64,000 bases of DNA from Candidatus Bathyarchaeota archaeon (GCA_963770935.1 CAVYRJ010000001.1:128001-192000); one strand, 5' to 3'. Shown: positions 20,601-30,992, numbered from the stretch's first letter. Notes: generated from the letters alone by a model not told the origin. Numbers and translations: made by a program.

Positions 20601-22109
20601 TTATTTGTATTTTGTGGCATAGACTGCAGCAGCCAGGATAAAGCCATTGGTAAGGCTACCAGTTATAGATAGTGCGCGTCCCCTTTCATCGATACCTTCG
20701 CCGTAGCCACGTTCAGGGTATGGGAGAGCCTGTTCTAAATACGTGCACATGTTAATAGCAAATGTGGTGTTGCGCAATGCCATTAAGCCGTAGGCAATCT
20801 TTGTATAAATAATTGGGGTTGTGGTGACATTTTGATAAAATGTATTCAGGGTAATCCATGTTCGTCCATCGGAGAATACCACCCATTCCCATTGCCAATC
20901 TGTATCAAGTTCAGGACCTTCACCAAAAGCTCTGAAATTACCAGTAGTATTATAATAGGCTTCATGAGCTAGAAACACCTGATTTGCTAAAGCCATTAAC
21001 CGTGAATCATTGTTATTAAGATCAAAAAGCGAGCCAAGCAACGGGTCACCAGTTAGCGAGGAAAGGGGCAAAGATACACCGTAAGTTGTAACGTTTGCAG
21101 ATGAAAGTATATTGTTCAAAACCATTCTGGGATAACCACCCAATTCATTTGGCCAAAAAAATGCAAACCCACTGGCAACATAGTATGTATAGATGCTATT
21201 CGAAGTTAAGCAGTCGTCTTTTACATAAGGCACTAATACAGAATAGTTTGATCGGCCGTTGAAAACGAAATTATTTACTCGCGCTGCCAGGTTGGGAGCA
21301 TAAACTCTGAGGTTGTTAAGCGCAACAAATAATCGACCAGTATCAACACTATCAACGGGTACCGTGGCTTTATCCGAGTTTTGACGCCAGTTTTTACCGT
21401 CCGTTGCTTGGTAGAACCAGTATGGATAGTTAGTTGTAGAATTGATTTCCCGATTTTCCAAAAATGATAAAACCTTATCCATCCGGTCATTAAACCCCCA
21501 ACTGCCATTGATGGCAACCAAACCTAACTTTGCCGCATCTACCACAGCTTGAATATAAACACCTACATCCCAATCCGTAATGTATGGGGAACTTTCAGTC
21601 GTCCAAGGAATTCCTGTATTGACGTCTACACCCACACCTGGCTTATAATAATTCCAAGCATTTGATGCGATAGCCAACCAAATAGTGCTGTTAACTTCTT
21701 GAGCGTTTTTTAAGGGACCTGGCGGTGTAGGAGTAGGTGAAGGTTGCATAATCTCTGTTATGCCAATAATTATGTTAGTAAATTGACTAAGTGTATTTGT
21801 TGGACTGTTTGTAGGTTTAGGTGTCTGATTAACCGTCTGATTATGGTGATTAGTTGGCGTTGAAGTAGGATCGTCAGTGGGTTGTGGAGCTGCCGATAAT
21901 GTTTGGTCTCCTTTCGGCAAGAAAGCAAAAATCGAAACCAAAACAAAACAAATAATTACGGCTGTCCCTACGATTTTCACCTTCTTATTAAGTCGCAAGG
22001 GGTGATTAAAACGGATTTTTCTACCATCAGGTATCACGGATGCATTTCGCAAAATGGAATTCAACACATTAGAGAACTGAGTTTTTTTACATGCTGAAAT
22101 TTGCCGCAT
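20601..22109 (-). CDS. Membrane-anchored DUF3131-like protein (glycoside hydrolase-like)
   Basis: N-terminal TM, Pro/Thr-rich linker, AWNYY, TDWDVGVY, DTGRL motifs. Confidence 0.65.
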   Translation of the reverse strand: MRQISACKKTQFSNVLNSILRNASVIPDGRKIRFNHPLRLNKKVKIVGTAVIICFVLVSIFAFLPKGDQTLSAAPQPTDDPTSTPTNHHNQTVNQTPKPTNSPTNTLSQFTNIIIGITEIMQPSPTPTPPGPLKNAQEVNSTIWLAIASNAWNYYKPGVGVDVNTGIPWTTESSPYITDWDVGVYIQAVVDAAKLGLVAINGSWGFNDRMDKVLSFLENREINSTTNYPYWFYQATDGKNWRQNSDKATVPVDSVDTGRLFVALNNLRVYAPNLAARVNNFVFNGRSNYSVLVPYVKDDCLTSNSIYTYYVASGFAFFWPNELGGYPRMVLNNILSSANVTTYGVSLPLSSLTGDPLLGSLFDLNNNDSRLMALANQVFLAHEAYYNTTGNFRAFGEGPELDTDWQWEWVVFSDGRTWITLNTFYQNVTTTPIIYTKIAYGLMALRNTTFAINMCTYLEQALPYPERGYGEGIDERGRALSITGSLTNGFILAAAVYATKYK

Positions 22110-22277
22110 CCCAATCCCCCATTCTTGAACTTTGATTTTTAATTTTTGGATCTATTTGTATTTTAACAACGGCTGATTGATTTAAAGCTATGGTGAAAAA
22201 TGCATTCTTACTTTCTGCAGAACGATGATCTATTCAGAAAATTAGAAACCTGAAGCGTCATGTTAAACTTACTTTTT

Positions 22278-23414
22278 TTATTGAGCATTCATTAGGTTAT
22301 GAATGTGTGTCCAAATTGTATTTTGAAAAGTCTGAGGAGTCAAAACAAAGATTTTGCGCAATAGCTCTTGCCGTATCTCTCCCCACTTTATATCAGCCAT
22401 CGCTTCCATTTCCTTAACGACCTTAGTTTTCAAATCCTTATAATTCTCCCAACGGAACTCGTCAGGAATAAACTCCACCATTCCGCCGCTGTTATGGACT
22501 AACGTGATGCATCCACTGGCTATCCCTTCAATTGGGGCAATACCGAAATGTTCCCCTTCCATCAGATGAACATAGATACGTGAGTTCTGCAAGATACCTA
22601 AAAGTTCAGGTCCAGGTAAATTAGCTTTTGTTATATAGTTTTGGGGCAGGTCTTGGATGAAATGGTTAAACCAGCCTTTGTCTGCGTCGATTAAGCCGCC
22701 AATACTAACAAACTCGTATGAGGGCAAATCTTTAGCTAGCTGTTTCAAAATTGCGTGTCTTTTAACTGGTATAAATCGGGCGACGTAGACAACCCTTTTT
22801 CGCCTTTCTGATAAAGGCTTGTCACACAAGAACTTTTGCACATTCACAGCGGGGTACACAACAATCGGCATTTGTACATGGTATCTTTTCCAATACCGTT
22901 CTATGGCTTGTTTTGTGTAGTTGCTGTTGCAGAAGACCATGTCCAACTTGTCTATGCCTTGTTCAACCCATCGTTTAAACAGCCAAAGGTAAATTTTCCT
23001 CTTCAGATGCGAGCGAGCATAATCGAAATGGATTTCTGGGAAGTGAACGTAGGCAATGTTCTTCTTGGCTTTGTTAAGAAAAACGGGTTCAAATGGAGAG
23101 GAGGACTGGGTTGAGAACAAGTAATCGTATTCTAAGGTTTCACGGTATTTTTTTAGCAGTTTCACGAATGCGCGGTGTCTTTTGTAGATGGTGAAGGGCG
23201 GCTTGACCTCTATCCGTTTCCCCAGCGAATGAATTGCTACTTCTCTTGGGAAATCTTCCCCCACAATATCTCGGTATCTGCCTGCATCAAAATTAAAAGT
23301 CAACAACTCCACCTTTTGCCCATGAGCGACCAAAGTTCTAATTACATTGTGGCAGACGCGTTCGCCGCCACCGTAAATATCAAGGTATGGGTGAACTACC
23401 AGAAAAGTTGCCAA
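22278..23414 (-). CDS. Glycosyltransferase family 4, ALG11-like; paralogue of 14984..16141
   Basis: HPYLDIYGGGERV, AYVHFP, NSNYT, ARFIPVKRH, HLMEGEHFGI. Confidence 0.88.
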   Translation of the reverse strand: MATFLVVHPYLDIYGGGERVCHNVIRTLVAHGQKVELLTFNFDAGRYRDIVGEDFPREVAIHSLGKRIEVKPPFTIYKRHRAFVKLLKKYRETLEYDYLFSTQSSSPFEPVFLNKAKKNIAYVHFPEIHFDYARSHLKRKIYLWLFKRWVEQGIDKLDMVFCNSNYTKQAIERYWKRYHVQMPIVVYPAVNVQKFLCDKPLSERRKRVVYVARFIPVKRHAILKQLAKDLPSYEFVSIGGLIDADKGWFNHFIQDLPQNYITKANLPGPELLGILQNSRIYVHLMEGEHFGIAPIEGIASGCITLVHNSGGMVEFIPDEFRWENYKDLKTKVVKEMEAMADIKWGEIRQELLRKIFVLTPQTFQNTIWTHIHNLMNAQ

Positions 23415-23568
23415 CTCAATCTTTCCTCAGGTCAGTGTTGCGTAACATTCTACTTTGTGGGAGTTTATGAAGTTACCTGCAACGCTATCATAAATGCCTA
23501 ACGTAGCAAAAATATATACGGCTGATTGGAAAGTGAGTAGTGGATAGCGGTTTCGGTGACACAACGAT

Positions 23569-24963
23569 ATGACACCCATAGAAAAAAAGTTCAAAGTCGT
23601 TTTGGCTGACCCGCCTTTTGGTCGTGAATGTAAAGGGGAAGCCGTGACTGAGTCACCAAACCTTGGAATCCTCTACATCATAGGCTACGCAAGAGAACGT
23701 TTGCCGCAAGTGGAGTTCCATTATTTAGAACCCTTCATCTCCATGCAGGAACACCTCCAGAAAGTGAAGGAAATCAAGCCCGACGTTTACGCCTTGTCTT
23801 TCACCACACCCAGAAGAGACCTCTCCTTTGAAACAATAGTTCAAGGTAAAAGAGTTGGGTTTGAATATGCTTATGGCTGCGGGTGGTGCCCATCCAACTA
23901 TAGACCCTCAAGACGTCCTAAAGAACACCCCTATTGATGTATGCATCATCGGTGAGGGTGAAGAAACTACAACTGAATTAATCAGACAAGTCCAAGGCAA
24001 TAAATCCATCGCAGATGTTGTTGGAACAGTCAATAGGCAAAAAAACAACGGCATAAGACCACTATTAAAAGACATCGATTTCTTCCCAGCATGGGACATA
24101 ATAGACTTTGAAAACTATGACGTTGCGGTGAGTAGAAAGAAGCGTATGGCATATCTGCTTCCAATCCGCGGGTGCCCCAATTACTGCACTTACTGCTCAA
24201 ACCCTGTTTGGAAACTTGAAAAACCTTGGATACGTCAGCGTTCACCCAAGAACATAGCAGAAGAAATCCGCTACCTCTATGACAGAGGCATTAGAGAAAT
24301 CTATCTCCGCTCCGACACATTTAATGTCGATGTTAAGTGGTGTCTTGAAGTTTGCAATGAAATTGAAAAATTACACCTTAAAGGTATGACGTTTCAGTGT
24401 AATCTGCGGGCAGACAAATTAACCGATGAATTAGCCCAAAGATTTCATGACATGCACGTTTGGCTCGTCCACATCGGACTTGAATCCGCCAATGATCGTG
24501 TGCTCAGAGGAATAGGCAAAAACGCGACCCAAGCCGACAACGTCCGCACACTTGAGCTACTTAAAGAAGCACCACATCAAAGTCTACGGGTTCCTAATGC
24601 TCTACAACGCATGGGAAACAAAAGGCAAACTTGAATACGAAACTCCTGAAGAAGTAAACAACACTTTAGAGTTTGCAAAGACCTGTCTAAGAGACAACCT
24701 GATTGAATATATTTCGTGGTCCATTACTAACCCAATAATTGGCTCAAAACTCTTTGACATAGCTAAAAAGTTTGATATTGCGAGCCTACAACGTTAAAAT
24801 CGGCAATTGTATGCGTCTGCCAGGCATCAGCGAGCAACAAATGGTTGAGCATGTGAAACAAGGAATGATTCTGCAGCTCCTCAACGGCATCCAGAAGGGT
24901 ATGATAACCAAAAAAAGCTACAAGCGAGCTGCCCAGAAAGCGGTTAAAATCTTGAATATGTAA
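23569..24963 (+). CDS. B12-binding radical SAM protein, split by three apparent +1 insertions
   Basis: PNLGILYI, GGAHPT, GEGE, RGCPNYCTYC (CxxxCxxC), GLESAND across four consecutive ORF pieces. Confidence 0.87.
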
Positions 24964-25036
24964 TTTTTTTATATACCCAGAATCGCGTTTGTCTGTTGCG
25001 ATAAACTATTTAACTTAAGCAAGAACATTATGCCAT

Positions 25037-25769
25037 ATGCCATCTTGCTCCGACGAAAATATCAAAGTCGATTTTGTGGTACCCTCAAGAGACGAGGCTA
25101 ATCCAACACTGATTCGGCAACTTAAGCAATATGCCATGCGCGGGGGAAATCTTCAATACTCATGAGAAACCGCTTAGCATAGCACGAAAAAACGGGGTTT
25201 TACTAGGCTAAACACTGAGTGGGTGGCGATGGTTGATGACGACATGCTTTTGCCTGATAATTGGCTGCAACTGGTTACCAAAGCAATGAACCTAAAGTGG
25301 GCGCAATTGGAACTGTGGCAGTTCACAAGAACAGACATGTAGCAGCATACGAACGTGTCGTCGGCTCGGTATATAATTTAAGCAAGTTAGATACGAACCC
25401 ACACATCAACAACATAATTGTACGTCGCAAACTTATGGAAAACTACAACCCGCCAAAGCTGTTCTTCGGAGAAGACCAATACTTCAAACGTTACGTACAA
25501 AAAACAGGCTATAAATGGAAAGTTTTACCATTTCTTAGGTGCAACACACTTAGGAACCTCAAAAAACTACGTCACCATCGGCATGTCTTATAGGCGTTAT
25601 GGACATTTTGGACTTATACAAGTTGGCACGCCGCATGCTTGCAAGGTTTATTTTTACGCCGTTTGCAGCAATGAGCAATTTGAGTGTAAAAACATTTTTG
25701 TATCTAACAAAATTAAACGTTGAATTCATTGCAGGTTTTGCAAAAGAACTGGTTGTAGAAAAACTCTGA
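25037..25769 (+). CDS. GT2-family glycosyltransferase with multiple frameshifts (sequence error or pseudogene)
   Basis: VDFVVPS, LSIARKNG, EWVAMVDDD, FGED pieces in shifting frames. Confidence 0.7.
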
Positions 25770-25874
25770 TAAATGATCTTGGCTATCTTATATCATATAA
25801 AATAGAAGGAATTAGATCGCAAGACCATTCAGTTTTCAGAAGGTTAACTGCATTAACATGCGAATTCTGTCTAA

Positions 25875-26742
25875 TATTACGTTTTTTGGTCCTGCAAGCT
25901 GTTTCTCCAGTGCAATTGCCCTCACTCGCAACCTTTTCTGCTTCGGCTTTAACAGTTGCATTCTTTGATTTCTTCTTTACGTTTTTCGTTCGATTTCAAG
26001 ATTAATCTTAGCAAATCTGAGTCGTAGCTTTTCAGCAGTAGTTCCGTGTTCGGAATGAGGCAGTGTCCGCCGATAACTCCCGGAAACATAACTGGCCTGT
26101 CAAAACGCTCTTTATGTGTGTCCTCGATGAAGTCGACTGTTTCGTCGAAGTCTGCGTCGAAAGCCCGTGAGATTCGATGCATTTCCTGGAAACATGTAAT
26201 CATCCAAGCACGGTAGGTTGTTTCAAAGAGCTTAGCAAGTTCAGTTTCGACGGCAGCTTTTGAGAGATCTTAACTTTTAAGACCATAGCTTTTCAAAATG
26301 GTCCTTAGCTGCGTTGGATGCTGCTGTGTCTGCACCGCCAACGTACTTGGTCCAGCGCTTCATCTCCCAAATCATGTGTTCAGCGTTTATGTGGACGCCT
26401 CGCGCGGGGGAATGGGCAACAAGACAGCTGCAGTTTGCCGCGACTTTAAGCGTGGTTCCTGGTGGAACAGTGCTGTTGATGATGGCGAGTTTGGGCTTGT
26501 ATTGTTCCACATAGCCCTTAATTATGTCGACGAATTTTTCAGGGCTGCCGCATGGAAGACAAACCTGTAGGGTATCAACTTTGGCTGGAACCTGATCCTT
26601 GCTTTGGTCAAGCGACTCCATTTTCTTTTGGTCTAAGTCTAAACCATAAACGGTAAATTTCATCTTTAGCTTCACTGTACAAAGCGAAAAGAGTGTGTCC
26701 AATTTCGCCTAAACCAATAATTAGAACGATTTCCTTAGCCAA
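25875..26742 (-). CDS. UDP-glucose/GDP-mannose dehydrogenase family protein (short form), frameshifted; 3' end approximate
   Basis: TTG start at 26742, IIGLGEIG Rossmann motif, STVPPGTT, ELAKLFETTYR, PGVIGGHCL. Confidence 0.8.
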
Positions 26743-26775
26743 ACCTCTGCCTCCATCAATGGAGAAGTCAAGTTA

Positions 26776-27321
26776 ATGTCAAACTATTTAAAGTTGGAGC
26801 CCGAAAAGAAATGCATGCAGAATCCAAAGAAAGGCACCGGCATAGTCACAGGCGCCAATGTCGAAATAGGCAAAGACGTCTCCATCTGGAACTACGTCGT
26901 CATCGGTGACGGCACAAAAATCGGCGACGGCACACTCATCGGCAGCTTTGTTGACTTAGGCAAAAACGTTACATTAGGCAAAAACTGCAACATCCAAGCA
27001 CACGTAACCATCTCAAACGGCTGCGTCCTTGGCGACAACGTCTTTATCGCCCCAAACAGCAGCCTACTAAACGACAAGTACCCAAAAAGTAGCTTCATGA
27101 CTCCGCCAATCATAAAAGACAACGCAGCAATCGGTGGAGGAGTCACCATTCTGCCAGGAGTGACTGTTGGCGAAAAAGCGGTGGTTGGTGGAGGAAGCGT
27201 GGTTGCTAAAAATGTAGCACCAAGAATGGTAGTTGCTGGGTGCCCAGCCAAAGTAGTTATGACTCTTGAGCAGTTTGAAGCTAAACGTGAAGCTTTCCTT
27301 ACCCAGCATAAGGTGAAGTGA
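26776..27321 (+). CDS. Hexapeptide-repeat N-acetyltransferase (WbpD-like)
   Basis: Left-handed beta-helix repeats, VFIAP..NDKYP, VAGCPA. Confidence 0.88.
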   Translation: MSNYLKLEPEKKCMQNPKKGTGIVTGANVEIGKDVSIWNYVVIGDGTKIGDGTLIGSFVDLGKNVTLGKNCNIQAHVTISNGCVLGDNVFIAPNSSLLNDKYPKSSFMTPPIIKDNAAIGGGVTILPGVTVGEKAVVGGGSVVAKNVAPRMVVAGCPAKVVMTLEQFEAKREAFLTQHKVK

Positions 27322-28304
27322 TGAGGATTTGGTATGATGCATGCACGGGCAAACAAGCCCGCTACGCAACTGCAATAGCCCAGCGCCTAAGAAAATCTGG
27401 GCACGAATTTGTTTTCACAACACGGGAACACCCTGATACTATACCGCTCGCACGAATTTTAGGCGAAAACCCCATTGTTGTTGGCAAATATAACCCATCC
27501 ACGCTTACTTCAAGGCTTGAAGAAAGCGCAGAACGCATTCTAGAATTCGCAAAACTTTTCAGAGAAAAATTGCCAGACATCGCCATTGCACACCAATCAG
27601 TTGAGCTTTGCCGTACAGCTTTCGGTTTGGGAATTCCGATAATTTTGACTGCTGATACACCTTACGCTTATGCTGTAAACAGATTAACCATACCCTTCGC
27701 ACACACCATAGTGGTTTCGGAGGCATTACCGAAGAGTTTCACAAGAAATTACTGCGCCAAAAACGTTGTACCTTTCAAGGGTGTAGACGAGGTTGCGTGG
27801 ATTAAAGATTTCAAGCCAACAAAAATCGTTGGTCTAAAGAAACCCCTAATTGTTGTGAGACAGATAGAATCTAAAGCAGCATACGCCCAAGGCAAAAGAG
27901 ACCTCGCAAAAATCATTGCCGAGAAACTTGGAAAAATAGGAAACGTACATCTTATTCAACGATACAATGAAGAAGGCAAAGCGTTTGGTGTAAAGGAAGG
28001 GTTTGTGGATTCAGCAAACCTAGTTGCAAACGCAGAGTTAGTGGTAAGTTATGGAGGCACGATTGCCCGTGAAGCTGCATTGCAGGGTGTTCCAAGCATC
28101 GCAATATCTGACATGGCAAAAACCTATGTGAACAGATATATAGCGCAGAAAGGTTTTCCACTGTTTATCACAACCGAACAGGGAATCCTTGGGTACGCCA
28201 AGAAGTACCTAGGCAAACGGTTTGATGTGAAAGATAAACTCGCTGAATTAGAAAACCCTGTTAGTGTCATCGAGAGAGTTGTAGAAAACTTAAAGCTTAA
28301 ATGA
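27318..28304 (+). CDS. DUF354-family (GT-B-like) protein
   Basis: RIWYD..T.K, TTREHP, FKGVDEVAW, GGTIAREAALQGVPSI. Confidence 0.8.
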   Translation: MMRIWYDACTGKQARYATAIAQRLRKSGHEFVFTTREHPDTIPLARILGENPIVVGKYNPSTLTSRLEESAERILEFAKLFREKLPDIAIAHQSVELCRTAFGLGIPIILTADTPYAYAVNRLTIPFAHTIVVSEALPKSFTRNYCAKNVVPFKGVDEVAWIKDFKPTKIVGLKKPLIVVRQIESKAAYAQGKRDLAKIIAEKLGKIGNVHLIQRYNEEGKAFGVKEGFVDSANLVANAELVVSYGGTIAREAALQGVPSIAISDMAKTYVNRYIAQKGFPLFITTEQGILGYAKKYLGKRFDVKDKLAELENPVSVIERVVENLKLK

Positions 28305-28306
28305 AG

Positions 28307-29080
28307 TTAAGCGGGTGTTACTTGTATTTTGTCTCCTGCAGTCACATGGAACTTTTCGGCTACATTATCTTGATTTAAGGCTATTTCCAAAAAACCGTGG
28401 CTCCCAAAGAGCGCAATAGGTTCTTGAAATTTGGCTTCCGAATAAGTTTTCTTTAAAGCTAATGCAAGCGAAAAGTTTGGGAATTTTACCTTAACTGATT
28501 TAGCGTCTGCGACTTCTTTTTGGGTTATATTTGTGATAATGTTGCCGAAGCCGTCTATATACAATACCTCCCCGGTAAAGGAGCCATTTATCTTCTCCAC
28601 TTTGACAAATTCGGGGTTGATGGCATCGCTTATTTCTGGACCAAACTCCGAAGGCTTCGTACCCATATCCAAGTATGTTGCTGCAGGTGCAAAAACATCT
28701 CTACCATGGAATGTACTGGAGATTTTAGGCAACATGAACTTGGGATTATTAAGCTCGAATGTGTGTTCACTTCCCAGTTTTTGGGCAGCTAACATCAAAA
28801 CGCCATTATCTGGTCCCACAAAAAAACCCTGCTTACTCTCCACAAGAATCGATCGTCTATTAGTGCCGACGCCTGGGTCCACCACAACTATATGCACGGT
28901 GCCTTTGGGAAAGTAAGGCACAACGGAAGCCAATATGAATGCACCCGTACGGATATCAAATTTTTCTATGCCATGCGTTATGTCAACTATAGTAGTTTTT
29001 GAGTTGATGCTGAGGATAACGCCTTTCATCTCTGCAACATATGGGTCTTTTAGGCCAAAATCACTGGTCAAAGTAATCAT
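28307..29080 (-). CDS. SAM hydroxide adenosyltransferase / SAM hydrolase (DUF62 family)
   Basis: ITLTSDFG, VVDPGVGT.R, GPDNG, STFHGRDVF, IDGFGN. Confidence 0.93.
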   Translation of the reverse strand: MITLTSDFGLKDPYVAEMKGVILSINSKTTIVDITHGIEKFDIRTGAFILASVVPYFPKGTVHIVVVDPGVGTNRRSILVESKQGFFVGPDNGVLMLAAQKLGSEHTFELNNPKFMLPKISSTFHGRDVFAPAATYLDMGTKPSEFGPEISDAINPEFVKVEKINGSFTGEVLYIDGFGNIITNITQKEVADAKSVKVKFPNFSLALALKKTYSEAKFQEPIALFGSHGFLEIALNQDNVAEKFHVTAGDKIQVTPA

Positions 29081-29083
29081 AAG

Positions 29084-29368
29084 TTATCCACCGTGAACTA
29101 CTGGGACAAAAACGATTTCGTCTCCATCGCTTAATTTAGTTTCAAATCCTTTTAGCACACTGATTTCTCTGCCGTTAACAAGTATCAGCGAATTTGACCT
29201 TGAATCGTTAAGTTCTTGGTCGCTAAAAGTGTGTTTTAACTCTGGCATTTCTTGACAGATTTTACCAACCAAATCTTTTATGGAAATGCCATCTTGAAAG
29301 GTGACGACGAATTGGGTTTTTCCTGAAAGGTGGCGTAGCGCACCGATGAATTTGACTGTTAAAGGCAC
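29084..29368 (-). CDS. Ubiquitin-like beta-grasp protein, MoaD/SAMP/Urm1 family
   Basis: ILVNG, L.DGDEI, C-terminal VHGG. Confidence 0.9.
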   Translation of the reverse strand: MPLTVKFIGALRHLSGKTQFVVTFQDGISIKDLVGKICQEMPELKHTFSDQELNDSRSNSLILVNGREISVLKGFETKLSDGDEIVFVPVVHGG

Positions 29369-29415
29369 CTGTTCTCACTTACGTTCTATAGAACAATTAA
29401 GGTTATTAAAAAATT

Positions 29416-29820
29416 TTAACTGAAGCTTTCAAGTTTTTCCTGCGTTAGAGTTTCGACAATGTCGGTTGCGATGTCAACGATTGAATTTGCCTGTTTCATC
29501 ATTGCGTCGCCATTAACTTCTTCTAACTGAGATATTTGTTGTACGATGGTTTCGATTTCGATTAGAAAACGCAGAACAGAGTCGTTGGTGACTGGGTTTT
29601 TGGTTACTTCTTCACGGATAAGTATTTCTATAAAAGCAGGTTCACCAAGGCTGTAGTAAATAGCGTTTCGGGCTTTCCTGATTGCTTCTACAACTAAACC
29701 TGGTGCCATATAAGGAATTTTTCGTGCTGCTTCCAATTCAGCTTTTGCTTCACGAAGGTACCGGAGCGCCCAACCTTTCCTATAATCATCCATCATGAAG
29801 CTTTTCTTTCCAAAAGTCAT
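29416..29820 (-). CDS. Hypothetical helical protein, weakly HEPN-like
   Basis: YLREAKAELEAA helix pattern; start overlaps the eS17 stop; no RxxxxH motif. Confidence 0.5.
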   Translation of the reverse strand: MTFGKKSFMMDDYRKGWALRYLREAKAELEAARKIPYMAPGLVVEAIRKARNAIYYSLGEPAFIEILIREEVTKNPVTNDSVLRFLIEIETIVQQISQLEEVNGDAMMKQANSIVDIATDIVETLTQEKLESFS

Positions 29821-30056
29821 TCTGCGATTTCTTCTTGATCGTCCATTTCAGATTCAGTTGCTGAGTTGGCTTGAGCTAATGCGAGTGTGCGTGTTATGTA
29901 TCCTGCAGTTTGGTTTCTAACCCTGGTCGTTGAACCTTTGGTCAACTCATCAACTGCACCTTTATTATCATCAAAGCTAGTGTTGAATTTGCTTGGAAAC
30001 CTAGCCATTAGTTCTTTGCCCAGCTTTTTGATCTGATCAGTCTTTACTTTTCCCAG
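29817..30056 (-). CDS. rps17e: 30S ribosomal protein S17e (CTG start)
   Basis: (M)GKVKTDQIKKLGKELMARFPSKFNTSFDDNK..RVRNQTAGYITR; GGAGG lies 9 nt upstream of CTG. Confidence 0.92.
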   Translation of the reverse strand: MGKVKTDQIKKLGKELMARFPSKFNTSFDDNKGAVDELTKGSTTRVRNQTAGYITRTLALAQANSATESEMDDQEEIAE

Positions 30057-30218
30057 ATAGTATTCCTCCGAATTTAACGATTTTAGTTTTCTCCGACGTT
30101 TAAAAGCGTAAGAGCAACTCTCAATAGATGATAGGCTTAATTTAAGTTTACGGCTTAAAGCAGCGAATTAGGCAACCGATAAGTTCTGAGATGAAGTTTG
30201 AAGAAAAAAACGAACTAA

Positions 30219-30992
30219 TTAGTTTACTTTAATGTCAAAGAACATCTCAAAGTTCTTGATTATTTGCTCAGCGACATCGTCCACCTGCATTTTCTTGATT
30301 TCAGCCACTGCACCAACAACATTGCGTATGTATGAGGGCTTAGTTAATTGCCCGTTGAAGGGTTGTTTCCAATATGTTACTGGACCATCGGTTTCTGTTA
30401 ACAGATTAGTTATTGGGGTTTTGTCAACGACTTCGCGTATGCCGTTAGAGTAGGTTACTGGTGGACCTTCAGTTATGAAGTAGCCGTTGTCCAAGGCTTT
30501 GGATAGTACGCTCATGGGGTGGCTAAACCAATGCAGCAATACATGGTTGAGACGGTATGATGGGAGCATTTCAACTATTTTGTCGGTTGTACCACGGCTA
30601 TGAATTATGACGGGCAACTCAAGGAACTCAGCCAGCCTAAGCATCTTGTCGAAGACCATCATTTGCTTTTCCCAGATGGTCTCGTACTTGTAGTCTAAGC
30701 CTATTTCGCCGATTGCCTTAACGATGCTTCTTTGTTCTTGGATAAAGTCAATGGTTTCCTGAATTTCCTCATCTTTAAGAACATTTACGTTCCAGGGGTG
30801 AATCCCGAGTGCAGGATAAACAAGGTCTGGGTAGGTTTGGGCAAGCTTAATGTCATTTTGACATGTTTTTAGATCCATTGAATTAGTGATTAAAGCGGTC
30901 ACACTTGCGTTTTTTGCATCCGCTATCAATTCATCAATATGTCCGAAGTATTCTGCGTCGGAGAGGTGAACATGGGCGTCTATTAACTTCAT
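30219..30992 (-). CDS. tatD: TatD-family deoxyribonuclease
   Basis: IDAHVH, GIHP, IGEIGLD, IHSR, ETDGP. Confidence 0.95.
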   Translation of the reverse strand: MKLIDAHVHLSDAEYFGHIDELIADAKNASVTALITNSMDLKTCQNDIKLAQTYPDLVYPALGIHPWNVNVLKDEEIQETIDFIQEQRSIVKAIGEIGLDYKYETIWEKQMMVFDKMLRLAEFLELPVIIHSRGTTDKIVEMLPSYRLNHVLLHWFSHPMSVLSKALDNGYFITEGPPVTYSNGIREVVDKTPITNLLTETDGPVTYWKQPFNGQLTKPSYIRNVVGAVAEIKKMQVDDVAEQIIKNFEMFFDIKVN

